Origin: a virus
Taxonomy: Duplodnaviria; Caudoviricetes
Virus record (IMG/VR): IMGVR_UViG_3300005077_000012
Location: 23,220-87,219 of that record
Direction: 5' to 3' (one strand)
Length of the DNA stretch: 64,000 bases
This document shows, in pieces, positions 10,330 to 20,055 of the stretch. Every line of letters starts with the position of its first letter. Position 1 is the first letter of the stretch. Under the pieces are notes generated by a model. That model did no database searches and was not told the origin of the DNA. It saw only the letters and a list, made by a program, of their open reading frames with translations. The position numbers and the translations under genes were made by a program.

Positions 10330-10908
10330 TTATTTTAAAATCCGTTGTGGTAAGTCTATCGTCTCGACCACGTTCGCAGCGAAGAACGCGTCAGATGATA
10401 CAATGTTCAGATCAAACCCGTACGCTTCCATGATCGCGTCGTACAGAACCGGACGATCCGGGTACGCTCCGTCAAAGTCCCACCCACCGAGCAGGTAGTG
10501 GAGCCTCGGGGTCTGATACTTGCGCAGCAGCTCCCCCAGAATATCCTTGATCGCTGGAGACCCGTCCTTCAGCTCGATAAACAGGTACAGATCATACCCG
10601 CGATCCTCACATATCTCGCGCATCGGCCGCAGGTACTTCGACTCCAAATGTCCGTAGTGCAGCAGTGAGGTTGTGTACCACGTTGCACCATGCGCCAGTA
10701 CGATCTTCCCGGACAGGCTGAGTACCACGTCGACTTCCACGATCTGACACCCCGCTTCCAATGCCCCGTAGAGTGGAGCCCGGGATGAATAGTCGTTGTG
10801 ACTGTGCCGGAGCACCGTCGGGTCGATATTGATTGTCACCCGATCCGGGTCCGGGGTGTTGCACCCTGCGAACAGGGCGACCAGTATAATTATAATCAAG
10901 TACTTCAT
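10330..10908 (-). CDS. Lipoprotein with PLC-like/GDPD-type phosphodiesterase domain (Aim6-like)
   Basis: Signal peptide with lipobox MKYLIIIILVALFAG-C; HSHNDY...P...AL..G...VEVDV motif; later HG and FIELK motifs. Confidence 0.65.
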   Translation of the reverse strand: MKYLIIIILVALFAGCNTPDPDRVTINIDPTVLRHSHNDYSSRAPLYGALEAGCQIVEVDVVLSLSGKIVLAHGATWYTTSLLHYGHLESKYLRPMREICEDRGYDLYLFIELKDGSPAIKDILGELLRKYQTPRLHYLLGGWDFDGAYPDRPVLYDAIMEAYGFDLNIVSSDAFFAANVVETIDLPQRILK

Positions 10909-10909
10909 G

Positions 10910-11971
10910 TTATTTCTTCTCCAACGCTTCAATGCGTTTGTTCTGTGCGATGATTATATCATTTAGTTCTTTTATAGCATTTGAGAAAACTGGAAGAAGG
11001 GAATGGTACGCAAGGGTCTTATCTCCATTTTGCATCTGCCCAACGGCCTCTGGTATAACAGCTTCAACTCCCTGTGCGGTATATCCCATATATATCCCTA
11101 CGGAATCATATTTCGTCGCAGATTTCCACTTCCATTTTTTACCCACAAGCGAAAGAACCTCATTTAATCCGTATTCGACATCTCCCTGTATATCTTTCAA
11201 TTTTTCATCGGAACTTGCCGTTATATTACCACTGCCATCTGTAACCAAAGTACCAGCACCATAAGCGGGAAATCGAATTGCTCCGGCAGAACTGACAATA
11301 ACTCTGGATGAACCGTTTGTATATATTTCAAAATATCTCGACCCCGGAACAGCAATCGAGGAAGCAGTATTATTTCCCGCAAGCTCGCAAACTTTAGTGT
11401 CTCCTGTACATAAGTCAAGAATCCCTCCGCTTGTTCCATTGATTGTAAGCGATGTGTATCCGGAAGTGGCTTGGGGGGTTACTGTACCTATCCCGACATT
11501 GCCAGCGGATGTGATACGCATTTTTTCAGTATCAGACCAGTTTGTTAACGTCCAGAAAGACATATAACTATTGTTGAGATTTCCTTCAGATTCTATTCCA
11601 GCTTTTATTGCACCTTGCATTACACCACATTTCGAGAAATACATCGCAACGGTGTCGGTTACTGGATACACACCCGAACTGGTTGCGGTATTTTCTATGT
11701 TTAATCCAGTAAACTGACCTGTAACTGATTTTTTAATGTCAAGAAGATACCCCGGACTCGTCGTACCTATTCCGACATATCCTGAATTCAATATCCGCAT
11801 CGCTTCAGTAGCGCCGTTGTTACCAGTCTGGAATATGATATCAGCACCAGTCGTACCAACTCCTGAAGTGGTTTTGAGTATCAGTTGAGAAGTCGTTGTC
11901 GTTCCACCTAATAGAGTAAGTGATGATCCGGACACTGGTTGAACTGTATTGACTTTAAGTATGGATGACAT
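10910..11971 (-). CDS. Fibre protein with C-terminal intramolecular chaperone (peptidase S74)
   Basis: G(Y/N)VGIGT repeats; SSDEKLKDI...W(K)WK...G..AQ.VE...PEAV...L.Y..L......AIKEL chaperone signature. Confidence 0.8.
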   Translation of the reverse strand: MSSILKVNTVQPVSGSSLTLLGGTTTTSQLILKTTSGVGTTGADIIFQTGNNGATEAMRILNSGYVGIGTTSPGYLLDIKKSVTGQFTGLNIENTATSSGVYPVTDTVAMYFSKCGVMQGAIKAGIESEGNLNNSYMSFWTLTNWSDTEKMRITSAGNVGIGTVTPQATSGYTSLTINGTSGGILDLCTGDTKVCELAGNNTASSIAVPGSRYFEIYTNGSSRVIVSSAGAIRFPAYGAGTLVTDGSGNITASSDEKLKDIQGDVEYGLNEVLSLVGKKWKWKSATKYDSVGIYMGYTAQGVEAVIPEAVGQMQNGDKTLAYHSLLPVFSNAIKELNDIIIAQNKRIEALEKK

Positions 11972-11975
11972 TTAT

Positions 11976-12683
11976 CTATTCCTCATAGAATATAGTAATT
12001 ATAAATGATTGACTTAATATATTTCCACTTTCTGTCGGATGAAGGGTTACTACGATATTTGTTGCACTATAGGTTACTCTCCATCGATACTCCGCTGTAA
12101 ATTCGCCTAATGAAACATATTCAGAAGCAGCGGTACTATAAACGTGTCCTGTTACAGATATAATTTTTGAAGCTGTTAATCCATGAGCAATTTGAACATA
12201 TCCCCCTTCTGCTTCTGCTGTTGTTCCGGTTAATCTTTTCATCTTTATTTTTGGAACAGTTGAATCAACTCCCCCTAATTGAGTATATCCATTGACAGAT
12301 AGTGTAGTTGCCGGACTCGTTGTACCTATCCCGACATTACCCCCGGCCCCATTTAAAATCAGATTATTCGATGACATACCCCCTGCATCAATAACCTGCA
12401 ATCCCCAATATGTATCTCCAGACGTAGCCCCAGAAGATACGACCAGTGCGGACCCAGTGCTTGACGTTACCCAATCCGTATTGAGGAGTGCCAACGCATC
12501 CGACATTCCAGATGCGTTCTTAACCACCAACGTACTCGGCGCAGTTGTCGCATTCGTTACACCGATCCCTAACCTCTGATTGGCAGTATCAATAACCAGA
12601 GTAGTCAATGTCTCCAGATTATTTTTAACAGACAGTATGTCTCCCGTTACTGGTGATATGGTTAGTGTTCTGAGTGTACTCAT
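11976..12683 (-). CDS. Short fibre protein
   Basis: RLGIG and GNVGIGTTSP repeats; C-terminal IAHGL...I...YEE domain; no chaperone. Confidence 0.7.
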   Translation of the reverse strand: MSTLRTLTISPVTGDILSVKNNLETLTTLVIDTANQRLGIGVTNATTAPSTLVVKNASGMSDALALLNTDWVTSSTGSALVVSSGATSGDTYWGLQVIDAGGMSSNNLILNGAGGNVGIGTTSPATTLSVNGYTQLGGVDSTVPKIKMKRLTGTTAEAEGGYVQIAHGLTASKIISVTGHVYSTAASEYVSLGEFTAEYRWRVTYSATNIVVTLHPTESGNILSQSFIITIFYEE

Positions 12684-14143
12684 GGTTTGACCTTTTTGAG
12701 ATTATCTACATCTGTTATCAAATCTTCAATGCGTTTGTTTTGTGCTTCGATTGTTATATTGAGTTCTTTGATTGCATTGACCAAAACAGCGGATAATTTA
12801 TTATAATCAAGCGATAAAGTCCCATCGTTATTCACACCAACTACCTCTGGAATTATGTTCTGTATTGACTGAGCGGTAAATCCAATTTCTCTTTGTTCAC
12901 CCAGATGAGATTTTATTTGTGTCTTTATTTTCGTTATTTCATCTTCAACTTCTTCTTCTTTCCAATTAAACGATATTGGCGACATCAATAATACTTCAGA
13001 TAAACCATAAGATAGTGGGCTTATATTTGTTTTTAATCTCTCGTCTGATGAACTATTTGTTAGAATACCACCTGCGTCTGAATATACTGCTCTATTTCCT
13101 GTCCCTCCCAATTCTCCAAAAGTCGCTCTGTATGAAATTATTTGTACATTATTTCCATATTGCTGAAAACCACCACTTACGGCAGTACCTTGTGCTTCGA
13201 TTATATAAGAACTCGCATTCACTCCGTTAAATTCTGCACCACCAACAACTTCTAATTTACTACTCGGACTATCCGTACCTATACCGACATTGCCAGCGGA
13301 AGTGATTCTCATTTTTTCAGTAAGTGACCCTGTAGTTCTTGTATAAATTACTATATATCCACTCTCAGACCCAGCAGTGTTTGTTGTTACACACCCTGAT
13401 ACGAATCCATACTCTGTTCTGGCATTTGACGAATTATTTAAAAAAAATGGTAGTTTAACGCCGTATCCTGAACCGTTACCTGCTCGGTATAAAGATATAG
13501 CATCATCGGTTGCATCACTTGTTGTTTGTAATTCAAGTTTAGTGTTTGGACTCGCCGTACCTATCCCGACATTGCCAGATTTATCAATAACCATTCGATC
13601 AGTAGTAGTCGCCGCACCATCGGCTGTCGTCGCAAATATCAATTTCCCCGGTATATCGTTTGTGCCGGTTGCACCATCGACTACTGCGTATATTGCCGCT
13701 CCTCCAATATAATTGGCTCCGTCTGCACCGCTGAATCCAATCCATCCAAGATAATCACCGGACTCAACTTTAGTCTTCGACCCGATCGTGGTTCCTCTCG
13801 ATCGTGTTAAAATCAACGATCCTACGCTATAATTTGGACTGGATGCGTTATGAGATAGTTGCGCGAGGACACTGTACCACTCAAAAGCAGTTTCAACTTG
13901 TAACGGAACAGTAGGAACTGACGTACCGATCCCGACATACCCTGAATTCAATATCCGCATTGCTTCGGTCGCACCGGCATTACCCACCTTCAGGATAATG
14001 TCCGCCCCGGTCGTCCCGACGCCCGCTGTCGACTGGAGTATGAGCTGTGAGGTTGTCTGGTCCCCACCGACCAGACTCAATGACGCAGCCCCGGCGAGGG
14101 ACTGGACTTTATTGGTATTCAATGTACTCATATCACCACCCAT
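12680..14143 (-). CDS. Fibre protein with C-terminal intramolecular chaperone (peptidase S74)
   Basis: Three GxVGIGT repeats; SSDERLKTNI...FNWK...GFTAQ...PEVV...LDY..L...LVNAIKEL. Confidence 0.8.
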   Translation of the reverse strand: MGGDMSTLNTNKVQSLAGAASLSLVGGDQTTSQLILQSTAGVGTTGADIILKVGNAGATEAMRILNSGYVGIGTSVPTVPLQVETAFEWYSVLAQLSHNASSPNYSVGSLILTRSRGTTIGSKTKVESGDYLGWIGFSGADGANYIGGAAIYAVVDGATGTNDIPGKLIFATTADGAATTTDRMVIDKSGNVGIGTASPNTKLELQTTSDATDDAISLYRAGNGSGYGVKLPFFLNNSSNARTEYGFVSGCVTTNTAGSESGYIVIYTRTTGSLTEKMRITSAGNVGIGTDSPSSKLEVVGGAEFNGVNASSYIIEAQGTAVSGGFQQYGNNVQIISYRATFGELGGTGNRAVYSDAGGILTNSSSDERLKTNISPLSYGLSEVLLMSPISFNWKEEEVEDEITKIKTQIKSHLGEQREIGFTAQSIQNIIPEVVGVNNDGTLSLDYNKLSAVLVNAIKELNITIEAQNKRIEDLITDVDNLKKVKP

Positions 14144-16287
14144 GACGACCCGGACGGAATACTGACCGTGATCCCGGACGCGATACTGACCGGGCCCGCG
14201 CTGACCCCATTACACGTCGCTGACATCGTAAAGTCTTCCGCCACCTCGATCTGGTGTGTCAGCCATGTCCCGGAGAGCTCACCCCCGAGGAGCTTCCCGT
14301 TCGTATCGATCGTTATGACATTCGCATTGCTGCTGTCCCGGCCCACAAAGATATTCGTCGTTCCGTCCGCCGTCGATCCCTGCACCACCAGAGCCCCTGC
14401 GGCAGGAGACCCGTCGAGGTCGCTCGTCCCGATCCCAACCTTCCCGGTCGTATAGTAGATGTCCGACCCCGAGGTCGTCCACTGACTTGCTGTTCCCCAC
14501 GACAGGTTTCCACTGCCGTCTGAGACCAGCGTCTGACCGGCGTCTCCGTCACTATCCGGAAGTGTCAGTGTATAGGTCCCGGCCGCCGCCTTCACCGTCA
14601 GCGTGACTGTCCCGGACGTCGTTCCCTTTAATAGCACCGCTCCGGTTGTCCCACCCACAACCCCGATCGTCTGTGCTCCGGTAAATGAATTCGCTCCGAG
14701 CCCGGCCTTCCCGTTAAACTTCGACCAGTCCGCCGACGCCAGATACCCCGCCTGTGACCCAGACGCGGCCTGTGTCGCAACGGTATGCTGCGCCAGCGTC
14801 AGGTGATACTCCTCTCCGGCCGTTCCACCCTGCAGGCCCACCAGATCGTTGTGGGCTACCGCAAATGGCGTCGTGATATGACTGTAATGCGTCGTCCCCT
14901 GATACACATAGTTAACGGTCGTCGTGCTGTTCGACGTCGCGAAGATTATTTTCCCGAGCTTGTCCGTCGCCTGTGTCGTAAACGCAGGCTGAACACTGGT
15001 CGTCGAATAGAGGGAGTAATTCGTTGTTAAACTGGTTATCCCCGCCGTCGTCGCGCCGAACAGCTTCTTCCACACACTGAACGCAACCGCGCTCTCATTC
15101 ACATACCCGGTCGGCGTCGCGATCGTCACCTCAGTATCACTGGTCCGGGCCGTGATCTGATAGACCCCCTTCGGAGTCTGAACGAACGACGCGGTCGTAT
15201 TCGTCGCACTGGCATCGATCTCTGCAGTCGAAAACGGCGTCCCGCTCGACGCAGTACAGGTCCGCGAGGTCCCGGTTCCGGTAATCGTCACCGTCGGACT
15301 GGTATAGGGCCGGACCCGGTATATCTGCTTCGTCAGGGTCGATACGCGCCCTCCAACGGTCGAGCTGACCGACGCATAGTACTCGAAGTTCCACACCCCG
15401 GCACTGATTGATGTCGTACCCAGCGCAGTGTCGTACAGATACGCCATACCCAGCTTCGTATTCGACGTACAGGCAATCGAGTCCACAACCTCAGCCGCGC
15501 TCACCGGATACTTGTTCAGAGTCTCCAACGAAAACTCGTTCTCAGCGGATGACGCGATGATCTTCGTGGTATCCGGGAAGAACTCCACCCCGTTCCCGGC
15601 TGACGCACTCACCGGATCAGCGTTGACCCACTCGGTCCCGTTATACCGGAGACGCTGATCCACCGTCGGGTTCGTGATCGTAACGTCTGACAGGTCGGTC
15701 AACCGGGCCTGCGGGCGAACATTGATGTATACCCGCCCGACCGTTTCGCTCTTGATCATCACCCGCCCGACACGCACATCATAGTACGGACCGACCGGCT
15801 GTACGTTAGTCAGAGCCCCGGCAGTATCCGGGGACAGGTAGAGCGGATCACCCACATTCCACGAATTCGTGTCCAGATCGTCGACGTGCCCCCGGATCGT
15901 AGCGTGCCCGTACGCACCCGCGTCGATATTTGTCGTCAGAACACCCAGAACGAATGACGTCGCATCAGACGTCGCGATCGCCAGTGATACCGACGGAATA
16001 CCCTCAACGGTAGCCCCGGATATATACACCACCTGCCCGTTGACCATCGGCGATCCCGTGCCGTTGTACACAAAACATTGCGTTTCCTGACCTACCTGCA
16101 GCGTAATGTCGGCACCGATCTCAACGGCCATCGTCTTGAACGTAGAGTCATAGTACACCTGCCCCTCGGTATGCGATCCGTGGGACGGGCTGGTGTTCAG
16201 CTTCAGGACTTCAACGTCGAGACTGTCGCCCGATTGTATCTGCTGGACAGCCCCGGACGACAGGACCAGTGGCTTCTTCGCGGTCAC
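14128..16287 (-). CDS. Large fibre/decoration protein
   Basis: 719 aa, Thr/Ser/Gly-rich; LTDLSDVTIT, YTLTLP...G..GQTLVSDGSGNLSW and GKVGIGT fibre motifs. Confidence 0.65.
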   Translation of the reverse strand: MTAKKPLVLSSGAVQQIQSGDSLDVEVLKLNTSPSHGSHTEGQVYYDSTFKTMAVEIGADITLQVGQETQCFVYNGTGSPMVNGQVVYISGATVEGIPSVSLAIATSDATSFVLGVLTTNIDAGAYGHATIRGHVDDLDTNSWNVGDPLYLSPDTAGALTNVQPVGPYYDVRVGRVMIKSETVGRVYINVRPQARLTDLSDVTITNPTVDQRLRYNGTEWVNADPVSASAGNGVEFFPDTTKIIASSAENEFSLETLNKYPVSAAEVVDSIACTSNTKLGMAYLYDTALGTTSISAGVWNFEYYASVSSTVGGRVSTLTKQIYRVRPYTSPTVTITGTGTSRTCTASSGTPFSTAEIDASATNTTASFVQTPKGVYQITARTSDTEVTIATPTGYVNESAVAFSVWKKLFGATTAGITSLTTNYSLYSTTSVQPAFTTQATDKLGKIIFATSNSTTTVNYVYQGTTHYSHITTPFAVAHNDLVGLQGGTAGEEYHLTLAQHTVATQAASGSQAGYLASADWSKFNGKAGLGANSFTGAQTIGVVGGTTGAVLLKGTTSGTVTLTVKAAAGTYTLTLPDSDGDAGQTLVSDGSGNLSWGTASQWTTSGSDIYYTTGKVGIGTSDLDGSPAAGALVVQGSTADGTTNIFVGRDSSNANVITIDTNGKLLGGELSGTWLTHQIEVAEDFTMSATCNGVSAGPVSIASGITVSIPSGSSWVVI

Positions 16288-16319
16288 GTGCTACCTCATC
16301 TATAGATTTTTTGCACGGC

Positions 16320-16790
16320 TTACAACTGGATCGGTTGTTCCGGGTTGATGTCGATCATGGTCGTGGACAGTGCGGTCCCAACAACCACCACAAACCCGGT
16401 TGTCGGCGGCGTCGCCGTCAGCATACCCTTCGTTGCTTCACTCAGGTAATACTTCGACCCGGCAGTCAGTGTCGCACTCCCGATAATCGCAGTCCAGTCA
16501 GCCAGCGTGAGCTGCCCGTCAAGCTGAATATCTCCGGACGCGCTCGATGCAATCGACGTCGACCGACAGAGTCCGATGACCAACGTCGACCCCACGGCAT
16601 CCGCCTTCGCCTGCCGGAACGCGCCGGTCGAATACACGTACACCGGCATCCCGATTGTTGTTGTATCACTCGACTCCGCGCTGGTCAACGATACGACATC
16701 TACCTCATTACAGGATGCGTCCAGCGTGTCTCCGGACTGGAGCTGCTGTATCTGTCCCCCATTCAGTACCAACGGTTTTCGTGCTGTCAT
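16320..16790 (-). CDS. Capsid cement/decoration-like protein (DUF2190-like)
   Basis: G.PVY...A.AD......G...G.L......YYLS...G.LT..PP..G..V..G.ALS pattern; N-terminus shared with the 719-aa protein. Confidence 0.5.
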   Translation of the reverse strand: MTARKPLVLNGGQIQQLQSGDTLDASCNEVDVVSLTSAESSDTTTIGMPVYVYSTGAFRQAKADAVGSTLVIGLCRSTSIASSASGDIQLDGQLTLADWTAIIGSATLTAGSKYYLSEATKGMLTATPPTTGFVVVVGTALSTTMIDINPEQPIQL

Positions 16791-16797
16791 ATTTACC

Positions 16798-17436
16798 TCA
16801 CAATAATATACTTTCTGATATCTTCACGCAAAGCTCAGTCGCAGACAGAGCCGTTCCAATAACCACCCGGAACCCGGTTGTCGGCGGCGTTACGCTCAAG
16901 CTCGTACCATTCAAATAAATCACATCTCCCTTCGTCCACGACCACCCTGTGTTGACAATATACCCGGACGTAACGACCGCCCCGGATATCCCGGCGATAA
17001 ACGACTCACTCGCAATCCCGGCGATGATGTTTCGGTGCGTGACATCCGCCGAGTCCGCCATGACTCCGGTCGCGGTCACCACCGTATACGCCGTAATCTC
17101 TTCAACCGCCGGAACCGATATCGTCGTCGACCGTGCAACATCCCCGAACCGGGACCACTCTGTATCATCCAGACCGGACTTGTACCAGACCTCACCGTTC
17201 GTCGCGTCTTCGTAGACACACCCCAGAGGGGCCGCCACCCGTGTCGGGGGACCATACCCCCGCAGCGTGGTGACGATCGTCTCATCGTAAACGTCGCCCT
17301 GATCCTCAACCTCACCCGGAGTCAGGTTTGCAACGTCTGTTATTGACGGACGGATAACCCGGGAAGCTCCCGCTGTCCACGGAACAACGCCGCCACCGAT
17401 GACCTCGGCGTCAGATGTCTTCGTGATTGACGGCAT
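16798..17436 (-). CDS. Decoration-like protein, C-terminal domain paralogous to 16320..16790
   Basis: Ends IYLNGTSLSVTPPTTGFRVVIGTALSATEL versus YYLSEATKGMLTATPPTTGFVVVVGTALSTTMI in the neighbour. Confidence 0.55.
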   Translation of the reverse strand: MPSITKTSDAEVIGGGVVPWTAGASRVIRPSITDVANLTPGEVEDQGDVYDETIVTTLRGYGPPTRVAAPLGCVYEDATNGEVWYKSGLDDTEWSRFGDVARSTTISVPAVEEITAYTVVTATGVMADSADVTHRNIIAGIASESFIAGISGAVVTSGYIVNTGWSWTKGDVIYLNGTSLSVTPPTTGFRVVIGTALSATELCVKISESILL

Positions 17437-17712
17437 TTACATCTTCCGAAGATAGACATATACCTTCTGGTTTGTCGCCAGAGTCGTCGCCTTCACCCCA
17501 TTGACACGCCTGCGGAGCGGAAGATAAAAACCCAGCACCGACGTCGTCAGACTCGCAGACAAGAGTGTGTTTCCCTTTGAGTCCTGCAGCTCAGACGCTC
17601 CTGCTGCGGTCCCGGACAGGAGAATCCCCTCAACTTCAAGGACGTCTGTCACCTCGTCGTTCGCTGCCGCCAGCGTGATTATATCGTTCGATCGATCGTA
17701 TGTTACTGCCAT
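17437..17712 (-). CDS. Hypothetical virion protein
   Basis: 91-aa ORF abutting its neighbours; RBS AGGT/GTAGG. Confidence 0.6.
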   Translation of the reverse strand: MAVTYDRSNDIITLAAANDEVTDVLEVEGILLSGTAAGASELQDSKGNTLLSASLTTSVLGFYLPLRRRVNGVKATTLATNQKVYVYLRKM

Positions 17713-17719
17713 AGGTCAC

Positions 17720-18106
17720 CTACCTGTGATTTTTCCACGTCCAGAATTTACCGTCCCCGGTGATATGTAAAAATAGTTGCTTGCTTGTGTTCTCAATTCC
17801 CAGCAGATACGACACCTCGGGGATCGAGCCAACATCCCCGGAGTTCACTCCGACGCACCGCCGGTTCCGCCGGGCATATAGAACGGTTACAGGGTCGTCG
17901 ATTGGATCGTGAACCGCGATCTTCCGCCCCCCATTGATTATAAAGTACCGCTCCTTGACGTGTACGTGGTATGAGTTGTGATCCCAGAGTAGCGTCATGT
18001 GGACAACGGTCGGCTTTAATGCGTACAGGTCCCGGAATGGGGCAACCCGGGGAACCTGATCATCTGTGGTTGCGACAATGAATACCGGCTCCATGCACTC
18101 TCCCAT
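17720..18106 (-). CDS. Hypothetical protein
   Basis: 128-aa ORF with GGGAGAG RBS. Confidence 0.6.
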   Translation of the reverse strand: MGECMEPVFIVATTDDQVPRVAPFRDLYALKPTVVHMTLLWDHNSYHVHVKERYFIINGGRKIAVHDPIDDPVTVLYARRNRRCVGVNSGDVGSIPEVSYLLGIENTSKQLFLHITGDGKFWTWKNHR

Positions 18107-18126
18107 CTATCTATAGAAAAATTGCA

Positions 18127-18160
18127 CGCCCGGGGAAGGGGTTACCGCCCCCGGACCCGC
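18127..18160 (-). terminator. Possible intrinsic terminator after 18164..18688
   Basis: GC-rich imperfect hairpin (CCGGGGG...CCCCGG) followed on the minus strand by TGCAATTTTTC. Confidence 0.35.
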
Positions 18161-18163
18161 AAC

Positions 18164-18688
18164 TTACTGCTCATCCCATTGGAAGGTCAAGGTCTTCTGG
18201 TTCAAGGACCCTGACGGCGTTGATGCCGTGACATCCAACTGTATAACGATGTAATCGCTGTACCCCGCTGCGGTCAGCGCACCACTCAGGCTGCCACCGA
18301 TACCTATGTTCGGGCCGATCGGCTCACTCTCCGGCATTGCGCTGACCGCAGCCGCAGAGTCTGTATTGACCGGACCCCCTGCGGGGTAGGATGATGCAGA
18401 GTACCCGGACGTTTTTGCGTTGGTACTCAAGCCTTCCCCGGTTTTATACCCACCACCGAGGTTAGATACCCAGACCTTGATGTTATCAATCGAGGTCGTT
18501 GCGCCGAGTTCGGTTACGTGGAGACGGAGCCACTTCTCATAGGAGTGGGCGTCCGCCCCCGCCGTAATCGGATACGACGCAGGGACCAGTTCAGCAGCGT
18601 CGGTACTCCCGAAGTTAACGTTTGAAACGTCCGCCGTCTCCACCCCGGGAGACGCGCCATTCATTTCGTCGAGTTCAACGGTTGCCAT
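18164..18688 (-). CDS. Hypothetical virion protein
   Basis: 174-aa Gly/Ser/Ala-rich beta-type ORF ending ...LTFQWDEQ. Confidence 0.6.
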   Translation of the reverse strand: MATVELDEMNGASPGVETADVSNVNFGSTDAAELVPASYPITAGADAHSYEKWLRLHVTELGATTSIDNIKVWVSNLGGGYKTGEGLSTNAKTSGYSASSYPAGGPVNTDSAAAVSAMPESEPIGPNIGIGGSLSGALTAAGYSDYIVIQLDVTASTPSGSLNQKTLTFQWDEQ

Positions 18689-18696
18689 AGGGCCCC

Positions 18697-20046
18697 CTAC
18701 ATATTGAGATCATCCAGTGCAGTGATTGACAACGCGGTCTCCACTGCCCGGGATATGTGTTCGTTAAACGACGCCTTGATCGCCTTTGCAAGCGTGATCG
18801 AAGTCGCCAGAGTTGTCGCTGCTGCCGCCGATACAGTCATGCTGTTATCGATCGAATAGTGCGACGTCTGCAACAAAATGTGAGCATTGAACTGCGCCTT
18901 CAGGTCCGTCAGATGTGCGTTAACCGCAGTCTGCGGAGCTCCAACAGCGCTCGCTGACACTGTGTTCGTCGCGTCCGCTGATCCGTGCCGCCCCCCGGTA
19001 GTGTATACCCGGTGCGCTTCGTACTTCGTTCGGATCGCGTCCGCCATAACCTGTATCTCGGTCCACGTTGCCGCAACACCCAGATCAGTCGTTGACACGG
19101 TGTTTGTCGTATCAGCAGTCCCTGACACGGTTCCCAGAGCACTCGCGGATACCGCGTTCGTTGAGTCCGCTGCTCCGTGTACCGACCCTGCAGTCAATAC
19201 CCGGTGCGCTTCGTACCCGGTCCGGATCGCGTCCGCCATGTCCGCGATGTCCTGCCACGCTGCGTCAGACGCCAGATCGGTCGCTGAAACCACGTTAGCA
19301 GTATCCGCTGCCCCGTGTACAGACCCGGCAGTCGTCCCGCAGTGTGCGTTGAACTGTGCCTTGATGTCGTTCAGGAGAGCCACCGCGCTCTCCTTTGTCG
19401 TCATGTCAGCAACAGTCACCGCGTTCGTTGCGTCAGCCCCACCATGCTCACCGCCTGCGACCAAAACCCGGTGCGCCTCGTAATCCGCCTTCAGCTCGTT
19501 AACCAACGCCAGAGCGTTCGTCAGGATCGTCGACGTACCGTGAGACTCCGTGTCTGCGCAGTGCGCATTGAAATCAGCCTTGATCTCGTTCAAGAGCGTA
19601 ATCGCACTCGCCTTGCTGGATACCGCAGACGCCGACACAACATGAGTCGAGTCCGCCGCTCCGTGACACGCAGGCGACCCGGATACCAGTACCCGGTGCG
19701 CATTGTAATCAGTCTTCAGCTCATCCGCGAGCGTCTTGATCTTCGTATACACCGACTTCGAGGTCGTCACGTTGGTACTGTCCGCCGCAGGATGATACGA
19801 TGCCGATGCGATGTGCGTCGCATACGACAGCTCCAGAGCCTTTTCGAGATCAATAACAGTTTCGAGGTCACCATCCAAAGGGTCTGCGGTGGTGACCTCA
19901 TCCGCTGTATCGTCTGTTATGTGCGGAGCAGTCCCGGAGAAGACGTGCGACAAGAGTGCGCTCACCGCTGCAGTCAGGCTGTCGATCAGAGCCACGACAT
20001 CCTTCATGAGCGGATCACCGATTGTCATTCTGTCTCTCAGGTTCAT
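18697..20046 (-). CDS. His-pair repeat protein (putative capsid decoration), paralog 2
   Basis: About 9 repeats of [YF]xAH-x(6-10)-HGxADxTN; N- and C-termini homologous to 20056..20982. Confidence 0.7.
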   Translation of the reverse strand: MNLRDRMTIGDPLMKDVVALIDSLTAAVSALLSHVFSGTAPHITDDTADEVTTADPLDGDLETVIDLEKALELSYATHIASASYHPAADSTNVTTSKSVYTKIKTLADELKTDYNAHRVLVSGSPACHGAADSTHVVSASAVSSKASAITLLNEIKADFNAHCADTESHGTSTILTNALALVNELKADYEAHRVLVAGGEHGGADATNAVTVADMTTKESAVALLNDIKAQFNAHCGTTAGSVHGAADTANVVSATDLASDAAWQDIADMADAIRTGYEAHRVLTAGSVHGAADSTNAVSASALGTVSGTADTTNTVSTTDLGVAATWTEIQVMADAIRTKYEAHRVYTTGGRHGSADATNTVSASAVGAPQTAVNAHLTDLKAQFNAHILLQTSHYSIDNSMTVSAAAATTLATSITLAKAIKASFNEHISRAVETALSITALDDLNM

Positions 20047-20055
20047 GATGCCCCC

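Noticed and set aside
11480-13580. GNVGIGT-coding repeats as invertible shufflon sites
   Set aside because: All are direct repeats within same-strand genes, with no inverted pairs and no invertase in the window.
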